Origin: Vescimonas coprocola
Lineage (GTDB): Bacteria; Bacillota_I; Bacilli_A; RF39; UBA660
Assembly: GCA_963660615.1 (NCBI GenBank)
Contig: CAVKYE010000005.1
Coordinates: forward strand, 3,349-67,348
DNA: 64,000 nt
Direction of reading: 5' to 3'
Numbering within the stretch: position 1 is the first letter of the stretch; the number at the start of each line of letters is the position of its first letter. The notes below the pieces were generated by a model. The model did not search any database, was not told the DNA's origin, and saw nothing but the letters and a program-made list of their open reading frames with translations. Shown here piece after piece: positions 9,724 through 18,326 of the stretch. Position numbers and translations under genes: made by a program.

Positions 9724-9749
9724 GAAAAAAAGACTTTTTTGAAAGTCTT
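9724..9749 (-). terminator. rho-independent terminator of the pyrophosphatase gene
   Basis: 8-bp stem AAGACTTT/AAAGTCTT with a T run on the minus strand. Overlaps the stop codon. Confidence 0.5.
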
Positions 9750-11370
9750 ATTTGTTATCTAAGTAGTTCATTAATTTTGGTACTACTTGTTTTTTTCTTG
9801 AAACTAGTCCTTCGAAGAAATGTGCTTCTTCTAGGTCTTCTACTGCGAAAGAGCCTTTAAATATTTCTTGTGCTTCTTCATTATATAGTAAATATGAACC
9901 ATTTTTTAGGATGTCTGTTACGAATAGGGCTACGGCTGTGTAATCTTCGTTTTTAGCTATTTCATTTAGGGTAGATATGAATTCGTCTTTTTTACTCATG
10001 ATTTCTTCAGTTGACATGGTTGATACTTGTCCTACGCCTAGTTTTTGATTATCAATTGTGAAGTTTTTGAAGTCTCCGTGAATTATTTCGGTTATACTTT
10101 TTCCTTCCATTGATGATCCGGCTTTAAACATTTCCATACCATATTTTTCGTAGTCTATTTCGGCTATTTTTGAAAGTTCTATTAGGGCTTTTTTGTCTTT
10201 TTCGGTGGTGGTTGGTGATGTTAGTAATAGGGTGTCTGAGATTATTCCTGATAGCATTAATCCAGCGATGTGTTTTGGTATTTCGATGCCATTTTCTTTA
10301 TACATTAGCCATAGGATTGTTTCGGTACATCCTAGTGGCATGTTTCTAAAGTTTATTGGTGATGATGTTCCGATATTTCCTATTTTATGATGGTCAACTA
10401 TTTCGATTATTTCGGCTTCATCTAGTCCGATTACACTTTGTTCTTTTTCGTTGTGGTCTACTAGGATTACTTTTTTTGGATGTTTGTTATCTGAGATGTT
10501 TGCTCTAAATAATCCTAGGCATTTTCCGTTGTTGTCTAATACTGGATAGTTACTGAATTTCTTTTTGTTTGCCATTTCTAGGACATCATATAGTGAATCG
10601 TTTTCGTTTACTGATATGATTTCTTCTTTTTTTAGTCTATTTTTTATGTAATTACTTAAGACTACTAGGTTGGCGGTTGTGATTCCATCGTGTTTTGTTT
10701 GGATTACGTCGACGTGATTTTTCTTGGCTATTTCTAGATGCTCTTTTTTCATTTCTACGCCATTTGTTAGGATTATTATTGAAGCTGAGTTTTCCACAGC
10801 AAATTCGATTATGCTGTGTCTATCTCCGACTATTAGAACACTATCTTTATCTATTTTTATTTTGTCTTTGAAGGTTGTACTACGGTATGATGGAACGATT
10901 ATGTTTCCTCTGATTTCTTTATCAAATCTTAGTATTTCTTTGGCATCTAGAGCTTCTAGTAAGTTGTCGTATGAGGTGTTTAAAAATCCTAATTTATCGT
11001 TTATTAAGTTACCTAAAGCGTCTTTCATTGATATAGCGCCACAGTAGTTTCCGTTATTATCTATTACAGGTATGGTTCCAATGTGGGTTTCGTTCATGTA
11101 GTTATAGCCTTTGTAGATTGAGTCGTTTTCGTTTAGAAAGCAGTCGGTTACATAGTCTATATCACTTATTTGTAATCTTACGTCGTTTAGGTATTTTGGT
11201 GTTTCTACTTTGAAATAGTCTAGGACGAATTTTGTTTCATTGTTTATGTTTCCAAGTACTCTTGGCTCGGTGTTTTTTCCTAGTTTGTTTTTTAGATATG
11301 ATAGGACAATGGCGGATGTGACACTATCGGTATCTGGTTTTTGGTGTCCAAATATTAATGTTTTTTCCAT
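9748..11370 (-). CDS. ppaC: CBS-domain-containing family II (DHH) inorganic pyrophosphatase
   Basis: LIFGHQKPDTDSV DHH N-terminus, VDHNE, DHHKIG, C-terminal DHHA2-like part. A ~250 aa CBS/DRTGG insert gives 540 aa. Confidence 0.85.
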   Translation of the reverse strand: MEKTLIFGHQKPDTDSVTSAIVLSYLKNKLGKNTEPRVLGNINNETKFVLDYFKVETPKYLNDVRLQISDIDYVTDCFLNENDSIYKGYNYMNETHIGTIPVIDNNGNYCGAISMKDALGNLINDKLGFLNTSYDNLLEALDAKEILRFDKEIRGNIIVPSYRSTTFKDKIKIDKDSVLIVGDRHSIIEFAVENSASIIILTNGVEMKKEHLEIAKKNHVDVIQTKHDGITTANLVVLSNYIKNRLKKEEIISVNENDSLYDVLEMANKKKFSNYPVLDNNGKCLGLFRANISDNKHPKKVILVDHNEKEQSVIGLDEAEIIEIVDHHKIGNIGTSSPINFRNMPLGCTETILWLMYKENGIEIPKHIAGLMLSGIISDTLLLTSPTTTEKDKKALIELSKIAEIDYEKYGMEMFKAGSSMEGKSITEIIHGDFKNFTIDNQKLGVGQVSTMSTEEIMSKKDEFISTLNEIAKNEDYTAVALFVTDILKNGSYLLYNEEAQEIFKGSFAVEDLEEAHFFEGLVSRKKQVVPKLMNYLDNK

Positions 11371-11434
11371 TTGTAATTTCCTCCTTTAAGTTAAACATTT
11401 ATATTATATCATTTTTTTGTTTAAAAAAAAATCC

Positions 11435-12070
11435 CTATTTAAAGAGATATTTGATGGCTAGAAAGATGATGGTTAGGGCAATTGTGAGGGTTATTATGAA
11501 GCTTAGGATGAAGTATGGGAATGTGCTTTTGTTTTTCTTTTTGATTTTTTCTTTTGTTTTTGGTTTGTCTAGGTAGTTTTGTGGTGGGTAGTTTTCTTCG
11601 TTTTTTTCTATAAATATTTCGATGCCTTCTTCGGCTTCTTTGATATTTTCTTTTAAATTTAAGGTTTTTAGTGGTTTTATTTCTTTTAGAATGCATTTGT
11701 AGTTTTTGTTTTTTGAGACTATTTTATCTATGTTGGTTATTAAAAAGGCATATAGGGTATTTAAAGAGTCAAAGCTATATTTTTCTTTTAAATCTTTTAT
11801 TATTGGTTCGTAGTAGTACCATTTTTCATTTGCTTTGAAGGCTAGGGTGAAGTGTGAGTATTTTCCTTTGGTTATGAAGAGTCTTATTACTTCATAATCT
11901 GAGTTTTCTAGGAATAAGGCCATGAATTCCATGCATTCGTTGCTTTTTTCTAGGTTGTATTTTTGATTTTGAAAGGTTACTTCTTTGTTTGTGGTGACAA
12001 AGTTAAAAAGACTTTGTGGTGAGGTTATACCTAGTCCGGCGAAATTGTTTAAAATTTCTGTTTTTTTCAT
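11435..12070 (-). CDS. hypothetical tail-anchored membrane protein
   Basis: 211-aa ORF with a single C-terminal hydrophobic helix (FPYFILSFIITLTIALTIIFLAI). No recognisable family. Confidence 0.5.
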   Translation of the reverse strand: MKKTEILNNFAGLGITSPQSLFNFVTTNKEVTFQNQKYNLEKSNECMEFMALFLENSDYEVIRLFITKGKYSHFTLAFKANEKWYYYEPIIKDLKEKYSFDSLNTLYAFLITNIDKIVSKNKNYKCILKEIKPLKTLNLKENIKEAEEGIEIFIEKNEENYPPQNYLDKPKTKEKIKKKNKSTFPYFILSFIITLTIALTIIFLAIKYLFK

Positions 12071-12194
12071 GTGAAAAGCTCTCCTTTTTATTCTTATATT
12101 TATAATAGCATATTATTTTTGAAAAAGCAAAATTTATTAGTATATTTTTTTCTTTTAATTCACACAATACTTATAGAAAGATGGGTGGGAAAAT

Positions 12195-12713
12195 ATGTCA
12201 GGTATTGTAAGGAGAATTGATGATCTTGGGAGGATTGTTATTCCTAAGGAAATAAGGAAAAGTCTTAGGATTAATAGTGGCGATAATTTGGAGATACATA
12301 CTTGTGATGAGGATATTATTTTGAGGAAGTATAATCATATTGATTGTTTTAAGGATTTGGCTTTGGCACTTGTATCTTCGGTTTTTAAGAATATTAAAAA
12401 AGATGTTATTATTACAAATACTGATAAGGTTATTGCGGTTTGTGGTAAAAAAAAGGATGATTATGTTTCGAAGGGTATTTCTTTAGAACTTTCTGACATT
12501 ATTTTTTCGCGTAAGGAGAAGGTTGGAACTGGTACTATTAGTTTTGTTACTGATGTTGTAGAGGATGTTAGTTATGCGATTTTTCCAATTATTGCTTCTG
12601 GTGATGTGATTGGATCTTTTATTATTTTTGATAATGATGCGGCTCTTGTGGAGGGAGATATTTCTATTGCGAAGATTATTTCGAGCTTTTTGGGGAAACA
12701 TATTGAAGATTAG
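12195..12713 (+). CDS. spoVT: AbrB/SpoVT family transcriptional regulator (SpoVT-like)
   Basis: GIVRRIDDLGRIVIPKEIRKSLRI SpoVT/AbrB swapped-hairpin N-terminus plus a ~120 aa GAF-like C-terminus. 172 aa. Confidence 0.75.
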   Translation: MSGIVRRIDDLGRIVIPKEIRKSLRINSGDNLEIHTCDEDIILRKYNHIDCFKDLALALVSSVFKNIKKDVIITNTDKVIAVCGKKKDDYVSKGISLELSDIIFSRKEKVGTGTISFVTDVVEDVSYAIFPIIASGDVIGSFIIFDNDAALVEGDISIAKIISSFLGKHIED

Positions 12714-12731
12714 GCAGAAATGTGTTATACT
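12703..12731 (+). promoter_or_regulatory. promoter of the T-box leader
   Basis: TTGAAG, 17-nt spacer, TGtTATACT (extended -10). Confidence 0.5.
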
Positions 12732-12737
12732 TTAGTA

Positions 12738-12953
12738 ACTGAAAGGCTTTGATGGAAAGAAGAATAGGTGACTTTATAGAGAGCTTATGGTTGGTGGAAA
12801 TAAGTAAGGTGACTATTTTAAATGGCTCCTTGAGCTTTGTGGCTGATATTTAGGCTATGACGTATGCTGGCGTTAACGCGAATGAGGTAAGTTTATACTT
12901 ATGAATTAAGGTGGTACCACGTTTTATGCGTCCTTATTGTTAGGGGCGTTTTT
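12738..12953 (+). promoter_or_regulatory. T-box riboswitch leader, probable Met specifier
   Basis: GA/K-turn-like TTGATGGAAAGAAG. AGAGAG bulge (12778-12783). Distal hairpin CTTAT-GGTTGGTGGAA-ATAAG. AUG+G in the specifier-loop position (12822-12824). T-box core AAGGTGGTACCACG (12908-12921). Terminator CGTCCT..AGGGGCG plus T5. Confidence 0.8.
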
Positions 12954-12975
12954 GTGTGCTTTTTAAGGAGTTGAT

Positions 12976-13470
12976 ATGATGGCTAGAGGTTTTGAGAAGA
13001 TAACTTTTTTGAGGTTTTGTGAGGATACTTTTTTGGATAAGGATTCTTATGATTCTTATTTGCTTCCAAGAAGAAGTACTAAAAATAGTGCGGGTTATGA
13101 TTTTATGGCACTTTCGGATATTGTTTTAGAACCTTCAAGTACTGTGCTTATTTCAACTGGGGTTAAGGCTTTTATGGAAGATGATGAGGTTCTTATGATT
13201 TTTATTAGGAGTAGTCTTGGGTTTAAGTATAATTTGAGGCTTTGTAATCAGGTTGGCATTATTGATAGCGATTATTATAATAATTCTGGGAATGAAGGTC
13301 ATATTTTTGTGAAGATTAAAAATGAGGGTTCTGAGACTGTTACGATTAAACGTGGTGAGAATGTTGTTCAGGGTATTTTTACAAAGTTTTTAACAGTTAG
13401 TGATGAGGTTACAGTTACTTCTTCTAGGAAGGGTGGCTTTGGTAGTACTGATAAGGAGGAAAATTTATGA
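12976..13470 (+). CDS. dut: dUTP diphosphatase
   Basis: NSAGYDF, GIIDSDYYNNSGNEGHI, RKGGFGSTD motifs of trimeric dUTPases. Confidence 0.8.
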   Translation: MMARGFEKITFLRFCEDTFLDKDSYDSYLLPRRSTKNSAGYDFMALSDIVLEPSSTVLISTGVKAFMEDDEVLMIFIRSSLGFKYNLRLCNQVGIIDSDYYNNSGNEGHIFVKIKNEGSETVTIKRGENVVQGIFTKFLTVSDEVTVTSSRKGGFGSTDKEENL

Positions 13471-14408
13471 TAGATAAGAGTTTATTGCTTATTAGTCATG
13501 TGGCTGATCCTGATGGGATTACACCAGTTATTATGGCTAAGGAGGTATTTAAGAAGGTTGATACGATTTTAATTAATCCTGGTGAGGTTGATAGTAATTT
13601 ACGTGAGAATTTGGATAAGTATGATGTTATTCATATTACTGATTTGAATGTTTCTCCTATGCTTGCGAGTGAGATTGAGGAGAATTCTGAGTATAGAAAT
13701 AAGGTGAGGGTTATTGATCATCATATTAGTGGGATAGAACTTAATAAGTATTCTTTTATTTCGGTTATTGATGAAAGGGATGGTCGTAAAGAGAGTGCGA
13801 CTAGTCTTTATTATGAATATTTGCTTTCTATTTCTTCTAGTGAGGTTTTGAGAAAGGATTCTTTGAAAGGTTTGGTTGAGCAGGTTAGAATTATTGATAC
13901 TTATGATTTTAAGTCTGATTTGGATCAAAAGGCACATAATATTGATGCTTTATTTTCTATTTTGGGTAGGGAAAATTATGTTGATTATTTTACTACTTAT
14001 ATTCATGAAAATGATTGTTTTGAGTATAATTCTTCTATGATGTTTTTGGTTAAGCTTGAGCAGGATAAGATGAAGAATTATTTGGAGCAAAGGGATCAGG
14101 ATTTATCTATTGTTTCTTTGGATGGGCATAGGGCTGGTCTTATTTATGCGGAGAGGTATAGGAGTGATTTAGCACAGTATATGCTTCGTAAGCATGAGGA
14201 TTTGGAAATGATGATTATTATTAGGTTTCCGAAGAATATTAGTTATAGATCAAATGATAAGGTTGATCTTTCGGTATTTTCTAGGAAATATGGTGGAGGG
14301 GGTCATAAGAATGCAGCTGGCAGTCCCCTTTCTAAGGATTTGTTAGAGAAGGTTACTAAGATGATATATCCAGATATTGAGTTTTTGAAAGAGGAGGAAA
14401 ATGAATGA
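13467..14408 (+). CDS. DHH/DHHA1 family phosphoesterase (NrnA-like)
   Basis: HVADPDG, IDHH, GGGGHKNAAG motifs. Start overlaps the dut stop (ATGA). Confidence 0.75.
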   Translation: MIDKSLLLISHVADPDGITPVIMAKEVFKKVDTILINPGEVDSNLRENLDKYDVIHITDLNVSPMLASEIEENSEYRNKVRVIDHHISGIELNKYSFISVIDERDGRKESATSLYYEYLLSISSSEVLRKDSLKGLVEQVRIIDTYDFKSDLDQKAHNIDALFSILGRENYVDYFTTYIHENDCFEYNSSMMFLVKLEQDKMKNYLEQRDQDLSIVSLDGHRAGLIYAERYRSDLAQYMLRKHEDLEMMIIIRFPKNISYRSNDKVDLSVFSRKYGGGGHKNAAGSPLSKDLLEKVTKMIYPDIEFLKEEENE

Positions 14409-15946
14409 AAGATACTTTTTATATAACGACGTCTATTTTTTATGCGTCTGCGAAACCACATATTGGTAATTCTTATGAAGGTGTTTTGACTGATGCGATT
14501 GCGAGATATAAAAGACTTATGGGGTATGATGTTAGGTTTCATACGGGTACTGATGAGCATGGTGAGAAGGTTCAAAATAATGCACTTAAAAATAATCAGG
14601 ACCCTCAGGAGTACGTTGATGAGGTGGCTGCTTCTGTTAAGGAGATTGATGATTTATTAAATATTAGTTATGATAAGTTTGTTAGAACTTCTGATAGTTA
14701 TCATAAGATGATTGTTGGAAAGATTTTTAAGAAACTTTATGATAAGGGGGATATTTATAAGGGCAAGTATGAGGGTCTTTATTGTACGCCTTGCGAGTCT
14801 TTTTTCACTTCTTCACAGCTTGTGGATGGTAAGTGTCCTGATTGTGGGAGAGAGGTTCATGAAGCCAATGAGGAGGCTTATTTCTTAAAACTTAGTAAGT
14901 ATAATGATTGGTTAAGAAAGTATATTGAGGATCATCCTGATTTTATTCAACCTGTTAGTAGAAAAAATGAGATTATGAATAATTTTATTATTCCTGGAGT
15001 TTCTGATTTATGTATTTCTAGGACTACTTTTGATTGGGGTGTGAAGGTTCCTTTTGATTCTAAACATGTTATTTATGTTTGGCTTGATGCACTTGTTAAT
15101 TATATTACTTTCCTTGGATATGATCCTGATAGTGAGAGTGATGAATTTAATAAATATTGGCCTGCAGATGTTCATGTTATTGGTAAGGATATTTTGAGGT
15201 TTCATACTATTTATTGGCCGGTTATTTTGAAGGCTTTGGATTTGCCTCTTCCTAAGAAGATTTTTGGTCACCCTTGGGTTTTGTTTGGCGATGGTGAGAA
15301 GATGAGTAAGTCTAAGGGTAATGTTTTATATGCGGATGATTTGGTTTCTGAGTTTGGAACTGATGCTGTAAGGTATTATTTACTTCACGAAATTCCTTTT
15401 GGACACGATGGTAATATTAGTAAGAATTTGCTTGCTTTGAGGATTAATTCTGATTTGGCTAATACGATGGGTAATCTTGTTAATAGGACGATATCTATGT
15501 CTAAGAAGTATTTTGATGGTGTTGTTTCTAAAACTTGTGTTCATGAAGATATTGATGATGATCTTATAAGTTTGGTTAAGGGTCTTAATGATAGGGTTGC
15601 TTCTTGTATGGATGAGCTTAAGGTGGCTCCAGCTATTGATGAGATTTTTGAAGTTTATAGAAGATGTAATAAGTATATTGATGAGACTATGCCTTGGATT
15701 TTAGCGAAGGATTCTTCTAAGAGTGATAGGCTTAAGACGGTTTTGTATAATTTACTTGAGTCTATTAGGGTGGCTACTGTTTATTTGCAGGCATTTTTGC
15801 CAGAAACTGCGGATAAGATATTTAGTCAATTGAATACTCAAAATAGGAGTGTTTCTTCTACTTCATCATTTGATGGTATGGAAGATGGAATTGTTTTAAA
15901 TGATCCTGAGGTTTTATTTCAAAGGGTTGAAGTTGTTTCTGAGTAA
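14405..15946 (+). CDS. metG: methionine--tRNA ligase (short form)
   Basis: PHIGN (HIGH), KMSKS, zinc knuckle CTPCESF..CPDCGRE. Start overlaps the upstream stop. Confidence 0.92.
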   Translation: MKDTFYITTSIFYASAKPHIGNSYEGVLTDAIARYKRLMGYDVRFHTGTDEHGEKVQNNALKNNQDPQEYVDEVAASVKEIDDLLNISYDKFVRTSDSYHKMIVGKIFKKLYDKGDIYKGKYEGLYCTPCESFFTSSQLVDGKCPDCGREVHEANEEAYFLKLSKYNDWLRKYIEDHPDFIQPVSRKNEIMNNFIIPGVSDLCISRTTFDWGVKVPFDSKHVIYVWLDALVNYITFLGYDPDSESDEFNKYWPADVHVIGKDILRFHTIYWPVILKALDLPLPKKIFGHPWVLFGDGEKMSKSKGNVLYADDLVSEFGTDAVRYYLLHEIPFGHDGNISKNLLALRINSDLANTMGNLVNRTISMSKKYFDGVVSKTCVHEDIDDDLISLVKGLNDRVASCMDELKVAPAIDEIFEVYRRCNKYIDETMPWILAKDSSKSDRLKTVLYNLLESIRVATVYLQAFLPETADKIFSQLNTQNRSVSSTSSFDGMEDGIVLNDPEVLFQRVEVVSE

Positions 15947-16030
15947 GAGGGCGAAAGTCTTCTTTTTTTATGGTGTGTTTACAAAATTTTCTAGCAATGA
16001 TATAATGAGAAAAAATATATAGTAAATTAG

Positions 16031-16508
16031 AAAAAAATGGAATTAAAATATATGTTTATTTTACTTCTAATGGTTCATTGTTAGGTGAAATAGATATTGA
16101 AAAAATCAAAAGGCATCCTACTTGGTTTCAAATTACAATAGATGATATAGGAATAAAGTATGATAATATAAAAAATATTATAGCAAGAAGTATAATTATG
16201 AATTAATTATAACAAATATAAAAAAATTGTTGGATAATGATATTCGTGTAAATATAAGAATAAATTATAATCCTGGTGAAATACAAAACACGAAAAAAGT
16301 AATTGCTAATTTAAATGAAGAATTTAATATTTATTTAGATAAAGGTCTTGTTAATATAACTCCCGCACCTATTTTTAATATGATAAAAACTAATGTGGTT
16401 AAAGTTAGGGAAGGGAGTAATTGTAAATATTCACAATTGTATGAATATTCTGAAAAAAATAATTGTGATAGTATATTATATTTTGATGATGAGATAAATT
16501 TGATATAA
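16031..16508 (+). pseudogene. radical SAM (SPASM-type maturase-like) gene remnant, frameshifted and N-terminally truncated
   Basis: Frame 1 reads ..IYVYFTSNGSLLGEIDIEKIK..WFQITIDDIGIKYDNIK (TNG-LL / SxDG-like pattern), then stops. Frame 2 is ORF 16227-16508 (VNIRINYNPGEIQN..). No CxxxCxxC part is left. Confidence 0.4.
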
Positions 16509-16519
16509 GGTGGTGAAAT

Positions 16520-17017
16520 ATGAGTTATGAGATAAAGATTATTGATACTAATATGGGGATTTGTGAATATCAAATGTATCAAGATATTCCTTCTGTGGAG
16601 TTAGGTTCTAGTAATGAAATTAAGGATAAATCTTTTGAAGAGTATAAGGAAATATTAAAAAAGTATAAAAAGTTTGAGAAGGAATTAGATTTAGAGGTTA
16701 ATTCGACAACTAATAGATATATTTTTTATGTTGATGGTGTGCCGGTTGGTGAGATTGGTATTAGGACGACTATAAATGATTTTTGGTTAAATAGGGGTAG
16801 TCAGATATTTTATAAAATTAGGAAATCTTATAGAAATATGGGATATGGAACGATGATGTTGAAGCTTGGACTTTTAGAGTGTAAAAGAATGGGGATGAAG
16901 TCGGTTTGTTTAAATTGTAATGATAAAAATATTGCTTCTAAGCGAGTGATTTTGAAAAATGGTGGGAAATTATTATTTAATTATGGTGATAGTAGTAGGT
17001 ATGAGATTAATCTTTAA
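16520..17017 (+). CDS. GNAT family N-acetyltransferase
   Basis: RKSYRNMGYGTMMLKLGLLECKRMG (motif A Q/RxxGxG/A) and NIASKRVILKNGGK. Confidence 0.75.
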   Translation: MSYEIKIIDTNMGICEYQMYQDIPSVELGSSNEIKDKSFEEYKEILKKYKKFEKELDLEVNSTTNRYIFYVDGVPVGEIGIRTTINDFWLNRGSQIFYKIRKSYRNMGYGTMMLKLGLLECKRMGMKSVCLNCNDKNIASKRVILKNGGKLLFNYGDSSRYEINL

Positions 17018-17072
17018 GTGTATATAGTTATGCACTTTTTTTCTTTATTTGTGTTATAATGTAGAAAAATGA

Positions 17073-17522
17073 TTGAGGTGTTTTGTGGAAGGGGTTAAAG
17101 AGAAAGTATCTTGTATGACAATAGTTTTTGGGAAGAGTTTTGATGGTTTTAGGGTTCTTGTTTTGAATAATTTTGAATGGTTTTTTTCTAAGGGACATAT
17201 GGAAGGTGATGAGATAGAGGTTCAAACGGCTAAGCGTGAGCTTTCCCTTGAGGCTGGAGTACGGGTTTGTGATGATGAATGTTTTGGTAAGGTTTGTGAG
17301 TATAAGTTTTATTTTGATGGTGAGAAGGCTATTAAGGTAATTAAGGTTTATGGTTTTGTTATTTCTTCTATTTGCGATATTGTTGTTAATAGGGAAGAAG
17401 GGTTTATTTTTGGTAAATGGCTTTTGTTTGCTGAGGCTATGAAGATTCTTTTTCGCGATGATGCTCGTGAGGCTTTAAGTAAGTGTATGGTTAAATTGAA
17501 GGAGCTTGGTATTTATGTATAG
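17073..17522 (+). CDS. Nudix-fold protein (Ap4A-hydrolase-like) with a degenerate Nudix box; start uncertain (TTG 17073 / GTG 17085 / ATG 17115)
   Basis: FFSKGHMEGDEIEVQTAKRELSLEAGV aligns to GX5EX7REUXEEXGU, with the first Glu of the EE pair replaced by Leu. Confidence 0.55.
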   Translation: MRCFVEGVKEKVSCMTIVFGKSFDGFRVLVLNNFEWFFSKGHMEGDEIEVQTAKRELSLEAGVRVCDDECFGKVCEYKFYFDGEKAIKVIKVYGFVISSICDIVVNREEGFIFGKWLLFAEAMKILFRDDAREALSKCMVKLKELGIYV

Positions 17523-18198
17523 TGTGTTTTTTAGTCGAATGGAGATGGGAACTGATAGTGCTTTAGATAGACTTCGGGAGATTATTAAACCTTCTTTTAA
17601 GGTGGCTATTTTTCCTTGGGCTTTTAAGGAGGAGATTAGTGCTTTTGAGTTAGAAAATGATTTTTTTAGGAAAGGTAGTCCTAGATATAATAGATATGTT
17701 TTGGAGCTTAAGAAGACAGGTATTAGTGAAGATAATATTACGGTTTGTAATTGTTATAGTGATTCTTCTTCTAAGCTTAGAGATATAATTAGTTGTAGTG
17801 ATGTTTTGTTACTACCTGGTGGGAATCCAGAAATGTTTTTCAAAAAGGTTGTTTATGATACTGAGATTTTATATGATATTAGGCATTTTAAGGGGATTAT
17901 AATTGGAGAGAGTGCGGGATGTGAGCTTCAATTAACTAGGTATTTTATTACGGCTAAGAATAATTATTATAAGTATTTTGCTTTTTATGATGGTTTTGGG
18001 GTTATAAATAATTCATTTTATATTGATGTGCATACGGTGAATAATAGGAATTATTTAAATAAGTTACAAAAGGTTTCTAATGAGAAAAAAGCAGATATAT
18101 ATGCGATATATGATGATGGTGTGGTTATATATGATAGGTTGAGTGGTGTGTTTGAGGTGTATGGTAATGTTAAACTTTTTAAGCCCATGAGTGATTGA
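17515..18198 (+). CDS. peptidase S51 (dipeptidase E)-like / class I amidotransferase-like protein
   Basis: LLLPGGNPEMFF and IIGESAGCE (nucleophile elbow) motifs. ATG lies 10 nt after AAGGAG. Confidence 0.55.
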   Translation: MYSVFFSRMEMGTDSALDRLREIIKPSFKVAIFPWAFKEEISAFELENDFFRKGSPRYNRYVLELKKTGISEDNITVCNCYSDSSSKLRDIISCSDVLLLPGGNPEMFFKKVVYDTEILYDIRHFKGIIIGESAGCELQLTRYFITAKNNYYKYFAFYDGFGVINNSFYIDVHTVNNRNYLNKLQKVSNEKKADIYAIYDDGVVIYDRLSGVFEVYGNVKLFKPMSD

Positions 18199-18250
18199 TG
18201 TTAAATTTTTAATTATTGTTGTAATTGTTTTAAGCAGAAAATTCTGTTTT

Positions 18251-18306
18251 TTTCTTTATTTTAGTGCATTTTTTTGGTTATCGTGCTATAATTTGGGTGT
18301 AGTATT
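18251..18306 (+). promoter_or_regulatory. promoter element, copy 1 (repeated at 22021-22076)
   Basis: TTTCTTTATTTTAGTGCATTTTTTTGGTTATCGTGCTATAATTTGGGTGTAGTATT with TGcTATAAT (18287-18292 = -10). Confidence 0.55.
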
Positions 18307-18326
18307 ATTGATTTGGGGGGAAGACG

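Noticed and set aside
11358-11696. ORFs 11358-11576 (+) and 11439-11696 (-)
   Set aside because: They overlap the longer 11435-12070 ORF in other frames. They are basic or low-complexity translations of an A/T-rich lysine-coding stretch.
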